From assembly GCA_965213925.1 (NCBI GenBank), contig OZ243927.1:2464001-2528000 (forward strand): a DNA stretch of 64,000 nucleotides, given 5' to 3'. The stretch's first letter is position 1, and every line of letters starts with the position of its first letter. The notes below the pieces were generated by a model that searched no databases, was not told the DNA's origin, and saw only the letters and a list, made by a program, of their open reading frames with translations. Both the position numbers and the translations under genes were made by a program. Positions 1-8,489 of the stretch are shown here, piece after piece. The stretch is from Trueperaceae bacterium. GTDB lineage: Bacteria; Deinococcota; Deinococci; Deinococcales; Trueperaceae.

Positions 1-9
1 GCAGCGTCA

Positions 10-948
10 TCAGCTGTAGCGAATCTGCGGGTCGAGCAGGGCGTAGGAGAGGTCCGTCAGCAGGTTGACCAGCACGAAGGTCGTGGCGATGAAGATGACG
101 CAGCCTTGGACCACCGCGTAGTCGCGGCTCAGGATGCTGTCGACGGCTAAACGTCCGATGCCGTTGATCGCGAAGACCGTCTCGGTCACCACCGCGCCGC
201 CCAGCAGGTAGCCGAAGTTGAGACCCAGCACCGTGACCACCGGGATGAGCGCGTTTTTGAGGGCGTGTCGGTAGATCACCAGTCGCCTCGGGAGCCCTTT
301 CGCCGTCGCCGTGCGCACGTACTCCTCGCCGAGCACCTCGAGCATGCCGCTACGCGTCAGCCTGGCGATCAGAGCGAGCCCCCCCGTGCCGAGGGTCAGC
401 GCGGGGAGGACGAGCGAGCGGAGCCCCTCAACGCTCCACCACGGCTGCGCCAGGCCCGCCGCTGGAAACCACCGCAGGTCGACGGAGAACCAGACGATGA
501 GCATGAGTCCGAGCCAGAAGTTCGGGATGGACAGTCCCACCAGCGCAAGGTTGCTCACCGCCAGGTCGGTGAGCGTGTCGCGCTTGGTCGCCGCGAGAAC
601 GCCTAGAGGGATGCCCAGAAGGGTCACGAGAAGCCCGGCCACGGCGAGCTGCGCGGTGTTGGGCAGGCGCACGAGGATCATGCTGAGGACGCCTTCGCGC
701 CGCTGCAACGACTCGCCCAAATCGCCCTGGAGCAGCCCGGCGAGGTAGGTCAGGTACTGCGCCGGGAGCGGCCGGTCGAGGTTGAGCCGCTCGCGGATGT
801 TGGCGATGTCTGTCGCGCTCGCGGTCGGGCCGCCGATCAAGACTGCAGGGTCGCCCGGCGTCAGGTGCAAGATGAGAAAGGTCAGGAGCGAGACCCCGAG
901 CAGGATCGGCACCGCTTCGAGCAGGCGGCGCAGCGTGTAGGTCGTCAC
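10..948 (-). CDS. Peptide/nickel ABC transporter permease (DppB/OppB-like)
   Basis: GTG start at 948 (VTTYTLRRLL); PGDPA motif, EAA loop (TATAKGL...HALKNA), C-terminal LLDPQIRY. The next gene starts with an overlapping ATG at 10 and runs off the window. Confidence 0.93.
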   Translation of the reverse strand: MTTYTLRRLLEAVPILLGVSLLTFLILHLTPGDPAVLIGGPTASATDIANIRERLNLDRPLPAQYLTYLAGLLQGDLGESLQRREGVLSMILVRLPNTAQLAVAGLLVTLLGIPLGVLAATKRDTLTDLAVSNLALVGLSIPNFWLGLMLIVWFSVDLRWFPAAGLAQPWWSVEGLRSLVLPALTLGTGGLALIARLTRSGMLEVLGEEYVRTATAKGLPRRLVIYRHALKNALIPVVTVLGLNFGYLLGGAVVTETVFAINGIGRLAVDSILSRDYAVVQGCVIFIATTFVLVNLLTDLSYALLDPQIRYS

Positions 949-965
949 GCTGGGACCCGCGCCAC

Positions 966-2471
966 TTACTGCGTCGTCGCGCTGGCGACCGACCAGTCGC
1001 CGTTCGGCAGCACCGTCAGACCCGAAACCGTGTCGCGACGCGCGACCAGCACGTTGCCGTGGTAGAGCGTCACCCAAGCGTTTTCCTCGATGAGGAGCCG
1101 GTTGGCCTGGTCGAGAAAGTCCGCGCGCGCCGCCTGGTCGGTGGTGGTGCGGCTCTGGCTAATGAGCGCGTTCGCCTCCTCGTTGGCGTACGCGGAGCGG
1201 TTCGACGAGCCCACGTTGTCCGCGTGCAGGTTCGGGTAGAGCAGCTCGCTGCCGTCCGCCGTGACGTTGCTCCAGCCGAGGAGGTAGAGGTCTTGCTCGT
1301 ATTCGCTGGTAGCTGCGAGGTAAGCCCCCCACTCGAGCGTATTGATCTCGACCTCGAAGCCCGCCTGGCTCAGCTGACCTTGCACGACCTGCCCGACGCG
1401 CGGGTAGTCGCCGAGGTTGGGCACCCAGAGCGTGATGGGGCGGGTCTCACCGCCGGTGGCCTGGTTCCAAAGCTCCTGCGCATTCTCGGGGTCGTAAGGG
1501 GTGCAGACCTCTTCGACCCCTTCGTCGTAGCCGAAGACCTGCGGACCGATAATGCTACACGACCCTTGGGCCAGCGGGTCGAGCAGCTGCACGAGGACGT
1601 CGTCGTTAATCGCCGAGGCGATCGCCTGCCGCGCCTCGGGCTGCTGCCAGGTGGCGTTCTGGTAGTTGAATCCGAGGTAGAACACGGGGGTCCCCGGCTG
1701 GGTGAGCACCTCGACCCCGGCGGTGTTTTGAAGCTGTCCGACCAGCTCCGGGGGTAGCGTATCGGTCAGGTCGATGTCGCCCCGCTGTAGCAGGGCCACC
1801 TGCGTGTTCACGTCGGGCACGATGCGGACGACGAAGCTGTCGAGGCTCGGCGCGTCGCCCCAGTAGTCCTCGTAGCGGTTCATGACGATGCGCTCGCCCG
1901 AAAGCCACTCCCCTAACTGAAAAGGACCCGTACCGACCGGGTTGCGCATCAGGTCGCCGTACTCCTCGACGGCGCTCGGGCTGACGATCGCGGCGTTCGT
2001 GTGCGCGAGGGCCGCCAAGAACGCGCCGTAGGGCGGGTCGGTGGTGATGCGCAGCGTCGTGTCGTCGACGACCTCGATGCTGCTGATGGGCTCGAGCAAG
2101 CTCGCACGGGGCGCGCCCACCTCGGGGTCCATAATGCGCTCGAAGGTGAACTTAACCGCCTCGGCGTTGAAGGGCGTGCCGTCGTGGAAGGTGACCCCTT
2201 CGCGCAACGTAAAGACCCAGGTGGTGTCGTCTGGTGTTTCCCAGGAGGTCGCGAGCCAGGGCTCGAGTTCCAATGTCTCGGGGTTGCGGCGCACCAGGTT
2301 CTCGTACATGTGCCGGGTCGCGACCGAGGACACCTGGTCATTCGTCAGCACCGGCGACAGCCCGACAGCGTCAGCTTGAGAGGCGTAGGTCAGAGTGCCT
2401 TGGGCGTGGACGGAAGCGCCGAGGAGCATGGCGCAGGCGAACGTGCAGAGGGGGATCGTCAGCTTTTTCAT
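966..2471 (-). CDS. ABC transporter substrate-binding protein, family 5 (DppA/GsiB-like)
   Basis: ATG 2471 with GGAGG RBS; signal peptide; LREGVTFHDGTPFNAEAVKFT and PVGTGPF motifs. Confidence 0.93.
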   Translation of the reverse strand: MKKLTIPLCTFACAMLLGASVHAQGTLTYASQADAVGLSPVLTNDQVSSVATRHMYENLVRRNPETLELEPWLATSWETPDDTTWVFTLREGVTFHDGTPFNAEAVKFTFERIMDPEVGAPRASLLEPISSIEVVDDTTLRITTDPPYGAFLAALAHTNAAIVSPSAVEEYGDLMRNPVGTGPFQLGEWLSGERIVMNRYEDYWGDAPSLDSFVVRIVPDVNTQVALLQRGDIDLTDTLPPELVGQLQNTAGVEVLTQPGTPVFYLGFNYQNATWQQPEARQAIASAINDDVLVQLLDPLAQGSCSIIGPQVFGYDEGVEEVCTPYDPENAQELWNQATGGETRPITLWVPNLGDYPRVGQVVQGQLSQAGFEVEINTLEWGAYLAATSEYEQDLYLLGWSNVTADGSELLYPNLHADNVGSSNRSAYANEEANALISQSRTTTDQAARADFLDQANRLLIEENAWVTLYHGNVLVARRDTVSGLTVLPNGDWSVASATTQ

Positions 2472-2524
2472 CTGTAACCTCCAGAGGTCGAGGGTTGAGG
2501 GGAACGTCAACCGCTGAAGGGAGG

Positions 2525-2766
2525 CTAGGGGTCCTCGTTGCGCCTGATACGGCGCACCACAGCCTCTACGTATTCGCTCATGCGCGCCCTAGCTGACGCG
2601 TGGCGTTCTGCAAACTCGTCCAGGAAACGCGGAAACGCAAGGCAGGGTCGCGTTCAGCGGGCAGTTTCTGCCCAGCAAGGAGGACGCTCTCGCGGTTAAG
2701 GGGGATGCGTTGGTCCGCGACCGCATCCGTCAACTCTGCTCGTTTGACGCTCGAGGGTTCTAGCAC
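2525..2766 (-). pseudogene. Internally deleted, degenerate GntR/FadR-family regulator
   Basis: ORF 2578-2766 reads AGQKLPAERDPALRFRVSWTSLQNATRQL, resembling the GntR wHTH (PGxKLPxERxLAxxFGVSRTxLRxA). A second frame (2525-2581) reads ARARMSEYVEAVVRRIR, resembling the last FCD helix. Confidence 0.7.
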
Positions 2767-2791
2767 CGAGCTGCACCTCTTTCGGTCGAAG

Positions 2792-2816
2792 GGTCAGACC
2801 ACTGTTGAGTTGACCA
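2792..2816 (-). promoter_or_regulatory. FadR/GntR-type operator sites (TGGTCTGACC and TGGTCAAC)
   Basis: Match to the TGGTCnGACCA-type FadR-subfamily box, located between the promoter and the GntR relic. Confidence 0.6.
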
Positions 2817-2817
2817 C

Positions 2818-2846
2818 AGTGTATAAGAGGCGTTCTGAGACGTCAA
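2818..2846 (-). promoter_or_regulatory. Sigma70-type promoter for the gntR'-SBP-permease operon
   Basis: TTGACG-17 nt-TACACT on the minus strand. Confidence 0.7.
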
Positions 2847-3430
2847 GGAGTGTCGGCCGCGCGGGCGGTTTTGGGCAGGTTGTCTAGCCGCGACACCTTG
2901 AAAGCGCCGTCTCGCGCTTCAACCTTCGGTCTTGGCATCCTATAGTGCACTTTTATAGAGGTTCATGAGCGCTTTGCTTTAGTCATAAGCCCTAGGTCAA
3001 ATTGGCCTGTCCACAGCGGGGTTACCGACTTCGGGTTGTCGAAAGTTTGCTACCTCATTTGCTAAGCTGGCTTTTCTTGTCTCCAACGTATAGCAGCGAT
3101 GGAGAGTTTTACGGCGAATTAGTGTAGTAAGTGCTCAGCTCGCGTTTTAGCGTTACCAATACGGTTGATCGACCAAGTGAGTAACGAGAAATTAAGTGGA
3201 TGATCCACTGCTGGTCTATCCAGTTAATTCCGCGCATATTTGGAGAGCAGCTTTTTATGTTACCAGCACTGAATAGTAGAAAAGGTTTTGTGACGAACTT
3301 ATAAGATGATCCACTGCGCGACGAACGCGCGCGTTCGTCGCAGACACACGGTCATTCACCCTCAGCGTTCCGAGCGATTACGCTTATGACATGATAAGCT
3401 CCCTCAACTTTGTGTTGAAAGGAGCGCATC

Positions 3431-4106
3431 ATGGCACTTCGAGTCATCGGCGCAGGCACAGGACGGACCGGCACCATGTCGCTCAAGCTCGCCCTGGAGC
3501 GACTCGGCTTTTCCAGGTGCTACCACATGGTCGAACTGCTCAGGCACCCCGAGGACGTGGTCCACTGGGAACGCGCGAACAGGGGCGAGCCGGTGGACTG
3601 GGACACGCTCTTCGTAGGCTACCGGGCGACTGTGGATTACCCCGGCTACCTCCACTACCAGACACTCATGCAGCGCTATCCCGACGCCAAGGTCATCCTC
3701 ACCGTGCGTGACCCCGAAGCCTGGTATGAGAGCGCTTTAGCAACCATCTACCGCGCCGAGCCAAAAGCTCAAGATGGGCCTCGCGCTGCCTTTCTCCCCG
3801 AAGCTGCGCAAGCTCCTGCGGGTGTTCCGACTTTCAGGTGAGGTCTGGGAGCGGGAGTTCGAGGGCAAATTTGAGGACAAGGACTTCGCAATAGCGAGGT
3901 TTGAGCGGCACAACGAAGCGGTCAAGCGCACTGTACCCGCCGATAAACTCTTAGTCTACGAGGTCGGGCAGGGATGGGAGCCGCTCTGTGAGTTCTTAGA
4001 GGTGCCCGTGCCGGACACGCCCTTCCCACGCTCGAACGACCGGCAGGCGTTCCAGGCGCAGCGGCGGCGGGGGCTGCGGGCGCTGCTCAGGGGCGAAATC
4101 GCTTAA
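3431..4106 (+). pseudogene. Frameshifted sulfotransferase-family protein (Sulfotransfer_4-like)
   Basis: VIGAGTGRTGTMSLKLALE, CYHM and KVILTVRDPEAWYES in ORF 3431-3841; HNEAVKRTVPADKLLVYEVGQGWEPLCEFL...PFPRSN in overlapping ORF 3774-4106; shift near 3760-3770. Confidence 0.85.
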
Positions 4107-4235
4107 TACTATCCCCCGCGCAAAAGGAGAACGGCAAAAAGAGGTGGCGTTCAAAGCCTTCTGCGTCAGACGCGCGTCTCTCACCTTAAAGAAGCCCTGC
4201 GCGCCTAAAGACCCACGCGGTGTATAACTTAGTAG

Positions 4236-5021
4236 GTGTCTGAAATGTTCGTCCGACCCGGTTCTATAGTCCGCCGCGTGTGGAGCGACGTCGACCTCGT
4301 GCTGCTCGTCTTCGCGGGCGCTGCCGCCGAGTTCGCGCTCAACCGGGCGGTCGACTGGCTGTTCTTCACCGGCAGGGTGCCCGCCGACCCGTTAGGGCGA
4401 CTCCTTTCGACGGCGGCTTACGCTCAGCGCATCGTTTTGGCAGACCGCGTAGACGCCGAGCGTACACTCGCTACGATCCGCGCGGCTCACGCGGCGGTCG
4501 AACAAAAACGGGGAGCGCACATCCCGGACTGGGCGCACCGGGACGTACTCTATTTGCTGGTGGACTATTCGGAGCGGGCTTACGCCTCCCTCCACTGTCC
4601 ACTGAGCGCCGCCGAGCAGACGGAGCTGTGGGAGGTGTTCCGCCGGGTGGGTATGGGTCTGGGCATCTCTGAGTTGCCGCGCCACTACGCCGACTATCAG
4701 GCGGATAGGGAGCGGCACTTAAAGCGGGACTTGACCTACGGTGAACATAACGCAGCGCTGTACGCCTCCTACCGCCGCCACCTGGGACCGTGGCGCTACG
4801 CGCTGCTGCGGCAGGTCCAGGCTGCCTTGGTCCCCGAGGAGGTTCGCTGCTCCCTCGCGCTACCGCGGCGCGCATGGCTGCGCAAGCTGCTCCCGCTCTA
4901 CCCCGCGCTCGTCAAGTTGGGGCTCCGTTCTACTTTCCAGTGGGCACTCATTCCTCCCGACCACCTGGCTGCGGTGCAGCGCCTCGACCGCCCGGACGTG
5001 CGGCGGGAGCGAGGTGGCTAG
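4236..5021 (+). CDS. Oxygenase MpaB-family / DUF2236 protein
   Basis: SIVRRVW...AAAEFALNRAVDWLFFTG...DPLGRL, IRAAHAAVE motifs. Confidence 0.75.
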   Translation: MSEMFVRPGSIVRRVWSDVDLVLLVFAGAAAEFALNRAVDWLFFTGRVPADPLGRLLSTAAYAQRIVLADRVDAERTLATIRAAHAAVEQKRGAHIPDWAHRDVLYLLVDYSERAYASLHCPLSAAEQTELWEVFRRVGMGLGISELPRHYADYQADRERHLKRDLTYGEHNAALYASYRRHLGPWRYALLRQVQAALVPEEVRCSLALPRRAWLRKLLPLYPALVKLGLRSTFQWALIPPDHLAAVQRLDRPDVRRERGG

Positions 5022-5140
5022 CGCGGCAGGGCTGATGTGAGTAGCAGAAGGTCTCTACATGCGACCGAGTGGGGGTGGCTTGGAGAGGCAAAGGTCAGGG
5101 TGAAGGTAGGAGCATCACCTCTAGGAGATTATTCCTAAGC

Positions 5141-6046
5141 TCAAGAGCTCACCGGAGGCTGCAATTGGACGAGTAAGAAGCCCGCCTCGGACGGGTCGCG
5201 TAGGGCACCCCGCACGATGACGTCGCCGCCCTCGAGCGCCGCGCGCACCTCGCCCAACCTCACGTTGCTGCCCGTCGAGGTGCGGAAAGCAGCTCGGAAG
5301 CCCGAGCTTCCGCTCAGCAAGTCGTCTAGGGGACCGAGTGTTACCGAAAACTGGCCCTGCTGAGCCTCCTCTGGCGTGATCCTGAGCGCGAAGAGGTTCG
5401 GCGTACGTTCGGCTAGACGGGTCGCTAAGGTCTGCTCGAGCCTCGGAATTTCCGAGTGGTCTGCGTCCGAGGGTGTGAGGTCCGGTCCGCCTCCCGCACA
5501 CACGCCCTCGCGCCACACTTCGCTACTTTGCATGGCGTCGATCAGCAACTGCCCGTGCAGCAGTTCGTGGTAGACCAGTGTGCGGTCGGTGAGCGTGTCC
5601 AGCGGAGACAGCGCGCCGCTGTCTGTTCCAGTAAGAGCCGCCGGGTCGAAGGCGAGGACGTTGTCGAAGGTGATCGTCTTTTCCTGCGGTCCGGTCCGCA
5701 CGCTGCCGCGCCAGAGGTAGACGCCCGCTCGGTCGCTCGATTGCGCCTGCAGCGCACTATCCCACTGCTGCAGCGTCGTGGTGACGGTGATAGAGACGGT
5801 CTGCACGGCGCTTCCTTGGGGACAGTTGATCGAGAGGTTGAGCGGCTGCGAGAGGCTCCTCACGACCTCGCTCACGTCAGCGGGCAGGGGCAAGCGTTGC
5901 AGGTCGGACAGCACGCGCTCGAAGGTTTGCTGCGTGCTCTCAGGGGCGGATTGTGCGGACGTTGAGCCTAGAAGAAGCAGGAGCGCGACGCTTATACTAA
6001 AGACTCGAGCCCTGATCCTTAGGCGTTGCCCTACCCATTGACTCAC
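5141..6046 (-). CDS. Secreted hypothetical protein with HExxH motif (possible zinc metallopeptidase)
   Basis: GTG start overlapping the upstream TGA; signal peptide LLLLLGSTSAQ; LVYHELLHGQL. Confidence 0.65.
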   Translation of the reverse strand: MSQWVGQRLRIRARVFSISVALLLLLGSTSAQSAPESTQQTFERVLSDLQRLPLPADVSEVVRSLSQPLNLSINCPQGSAVQTVSITVTTTLQQWDSALQAQSSDRAGVYLWRGSVRTGPQEKTITFDNVLAFDPAALTGTDSGALSPLDTLTDRTLVYHELLHGQLLIDAMQSSEVWREGVCAGGGPDLTPSDADHSEIPRLEQTLATRLAERTPNLFALRITPEEAQQGQFSVTLGPLDDLLSGSSGFRAAFRTSTGSNVRLGEVRAALEGGDVIVRGALRDPSEAGFLLVQLQPPVSS

Positions 6047-6237
6047 CCCTCTCGCCACGCCTCCTCGTCGTGCTTCTCGAAGTTGCTAAAGGCCATGAGC
6101 CCCTCTATGACCTCCGCCGAGGTCTCGAAGAGCGCCTCGGTGCGGGGGTCTTCAACCTTGCCGACGTCTTCTCTCAGGTGAATTACTAGCTCCACACCTT
6201 TGATCTTCTGCGTGTGCTGTTTTGAACCGTCTGCCAC
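6043..6237 (-). CDS. Small conserved hypothetical protein (HLREDxxKV...ALFETSAEV type), possibly degenerate
   Basis: Recognisable HTQKIK...HLREDVGKVEDP...ALFETSAEVIEGL...EEAW pattern. Confidence 0.6.
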   Translation of the reverse strand: MADGSKQHTQKIKGVELVIHLREDVGKVEDPRTEALFETSAEVIEGLMAFSNFEKHDEEAWREG

Positions 6238-6838
6238 CGTTTGCGCTCCTTTGCTGACGCTTTAGGGCGTTCCGCCTGACCTGGCGAGGTTGTTTTGCCC
6301 AGCGGATGCGTAGCTACTTCGTACACCATTGGTATTCGCGGAGAAGCCCTTAGCGAGAGGTTAAGCTTCGCGCGGTCATCTTTCAACGCGTATAAATAAC
6401 GACCTCAAGTGCGTCGCGTGGACCCTAGAACGGGCAAAGCGTCACGCGTGGCGCGTTCCCGCTAGCGCCCCTTTGGGGCTAGTTCGCTCCCGCTAGGTGC
6501 TAAAGGCTCTTTTCCGCTCGGCTAAGGTTAGCATAGGTAACCAAGTGGTCCGCCGTTGGCGGTAACCTGCGTGTGTCAACCTTGCCTGAAAATGCTACTG
6601 GTATCAGAGTCTACCTCTCGGGCGAGAACTGTTGGGTCGTTCGCTGAACAACCTCGGGCTGAGCGAACACTCCGTTTTCTAACCTCCGAGTGACATTTCC
6701 GACTTCGCAGGCATCTTGTGTTGTCGCTTCTCTTCCAGAATTCAGCCCTAAAGGGATAAAATGGTCACTTGTATTTGTGATGAAGTACGCTGCAACTACT
6801 CTAATTAGACCAGTTTAGCAAGTATGTAGGAGGGCAAC

Positions 6839-7282
6839 ATGATCACACAGATGCGCGAACCCGCGAAGCTATCTACCGGTGTAACTGGGCTCGACGCGAT
6901 CCTAAACGGCGGTCTGCCGCGTAACCGCACCTTTTTGCTGCAGGGCATCCCCGGCACCGGCAAGACCACCCTCGGGCTGGAGTTCTTGCTAGCTGGGCGG
7001 GACGCAGGCGAGCGCGCCTTGGATGCGCGCGCCGAGGAGGTCCGCCGCCGCATCGGGCAGGACCTTCACGACCGCGTCGTTCAGGGCATTTTGGGCATCA
7101 AGATGGTCGCGACCAACTTGCATAAGAGCTTCCGGCGGCGCGGTCTACCTGAAGCCGCGTCCTTAGAGGAGCTAGCTGATCTTGCGGGCGACGTCAACCT
7201 CGACCTGCGGCGCTCGATCAACGAGCTCGTGTCGGCCCGCGTGTCGGCCCTGGCGTGCGCGCGACCTGAAACGACACCGTGA
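6839..7282 (+). pseudogene. Chimeric relic: KaiC-like ATPase N-terminus fused to a HisKA_3 histidine kinase fragment
   Basis: KLSTGVTGLDAILNGGLP...GIPGTGKTTLGLEFL (KaiC/RecA P-loop), then abruptly EEVRRRIGQDLHDRVVQ (HisKA_3 H-box); both domains truncated. Confidence 0.75.
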
Positions 7283-7535
7283 GCGCGATGATGAGCGAAT
7301 TCGCAAAATACGTCAAAAGTCGCGCCGTTTAAGCATCTCGGCGTAATTGGCGAGCGTGAGGTCGCCTAGCTGCGGAAAGAGCCGACTTGCTGTAATCGCC
7401 TCGCTCGTTTTGAAGCTGGACAAAATGAGCCAAACGATAGGCGCGAGAAAAAAGGCGAAAAAGACGAGCGTACCGAGATCGACAAAAACCTTTGTTACCT
7501 GCGTTAGGGGAGCAGGGCGTGGATTATCTAATTGG
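7272..7535 (-). pseudogene. Carbohydrate ABC permease (MalG-like) N-terminal relic
   Basis: Hand translation of the minus strand: FFAFFLAPIVWLILSSFKTSEAITASRLFPQLGDLTLANYAEML, frameshift, then LTYFANSLIIALTVS; not in the ORF track. Confidence 0.75.
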
Positions 7536-7839
7536 ACTTATGGGAGATGAGCGCCCACCCTCGCATCAGCGCGTGCTCTATCCAAGTCTAATCGAGCGGC
7601 TTAGTGTCGCGGTGGACTTCGCTTAAAACCTTGGTTCTCCCGCATAAACCGTGTTTGAGTAACGGCGTTTCGGCCGAGTCGAAGAGACTTATTTAGGAAC
7701 AGTTGAATACCCATGCTGAGCTGTGGATCAACCCTCCCTACCGCACTGCGTTGCCGAAGAAGTCAACTCAGATAGAGGCAGCTTTCGCGTGGTTGCTCGC
7801 AAGCAGTCACGAGCGCTTTGCGCGGAACTGCCGTCAGTA

Positions 7840-8013
7840 AGTACTCGTACTCATTTAAGTTAAACCAAGAAGCGCTCTCAAAATATGAATCTCGGCGCTG
7901 CTCACGAATGACAGAGAACGTTTCGGCGTGGTAGGGGCGGGTTTCAAACCCTACGGAGCAGCGCTGCTTGCGCAATACTTCGGGGTAGTTAAAACTAACT
8001 TTGTAGGAGTACT
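7840..8013. mobile_element. TA-flanked MITE-like element with AGTACTC...GAGTACT terminal inverted repeats, containing a GTAG-type REP
   Basis: Left end AGTACTCGTACTCATTTAAGTTAAA versus reverse-complemented right end AGTACTCCTACAAAGTTAGTTTTAA; TA on both sides. Confidence 0.6.
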
Positions 8014-8047
8014 TATAACAGTATAAATTGCCAAAAACCAAAAGAAC

Positions 8048-8147
8048 ACCCCGCCAGGTTTCAGCGGCACCTGACGATCACCTCTTATGGCTGCTTCTTC
8101 CGACCTGACCAGGTTCGAGGGTCGCCACCGCGCTGAGCCGACGGGGT
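8048..8147 (-). ncRNA. ffs: Signal recognition particle RNA (4.5S / small bacterial SRP)
   Basis: Minus strand GAACCTGGTCAGGTCGGAAGAAGCAGCCATAAG core; ends ACCCCGTCGG/CTGGCGGGGT pair; upstream TTGCCT-18-TATTCT promoter; downstream T-tracts. Confidence 0.88.
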
Positions 8148-8179
8148 TAGGTAGAGAATAACACATGCTCCTTAGGTGA

Positions 8180-8488
8180 GGCAAAGGGACGCGACATCCG
8201 GTTGTTTACGCAGAACTCGCGGCTTCGCCCAACCGTGGAGGGATTCAAGCGTTTTTAGAACGTGCAAGTATTAACGTTGTATGGGTTTTGCCGCCAGACG
8301 TTTGGGAGAGGTCAGGAATGGCATCTGGAACTCCCGCCGAAAAGCGGCGTGGTGGCATGCTTCCGCGTCGTATTCTAGCGGATTTCGTCATTGCAGCGCA
8401 CGCGGAATATCACGACCTCGCTATGCTCACCTTCGACGAAACGATCTATAACGCTGTGTTTTCCGACCTGACTGTGGTCAGCGAATGA
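8180..8488 (+). pseudogene. 5'-truncated PIN-domain (VapC-like) toxin
   Basis: In frame PVVYAELAA...RRILADFVIAAHA...MLTFD; upstream in-frame stop at 8177-8179; N-terminal DT/SN motif absent. Confidence 0.7.
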
Positions 8489-8489
8489 G

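Noticed and set aside
2560..2785. Lysine riboswitch (AGAGGTGC start) upstream of the SBP
   Set aside because: Other lysine riboswitch elements not seen; the region is better explained as RBS plus GntR relic
2880..2940. Minus-strand MPRPK start suggesting a TetR relic
   Set aside because: Similarity limited to five residues
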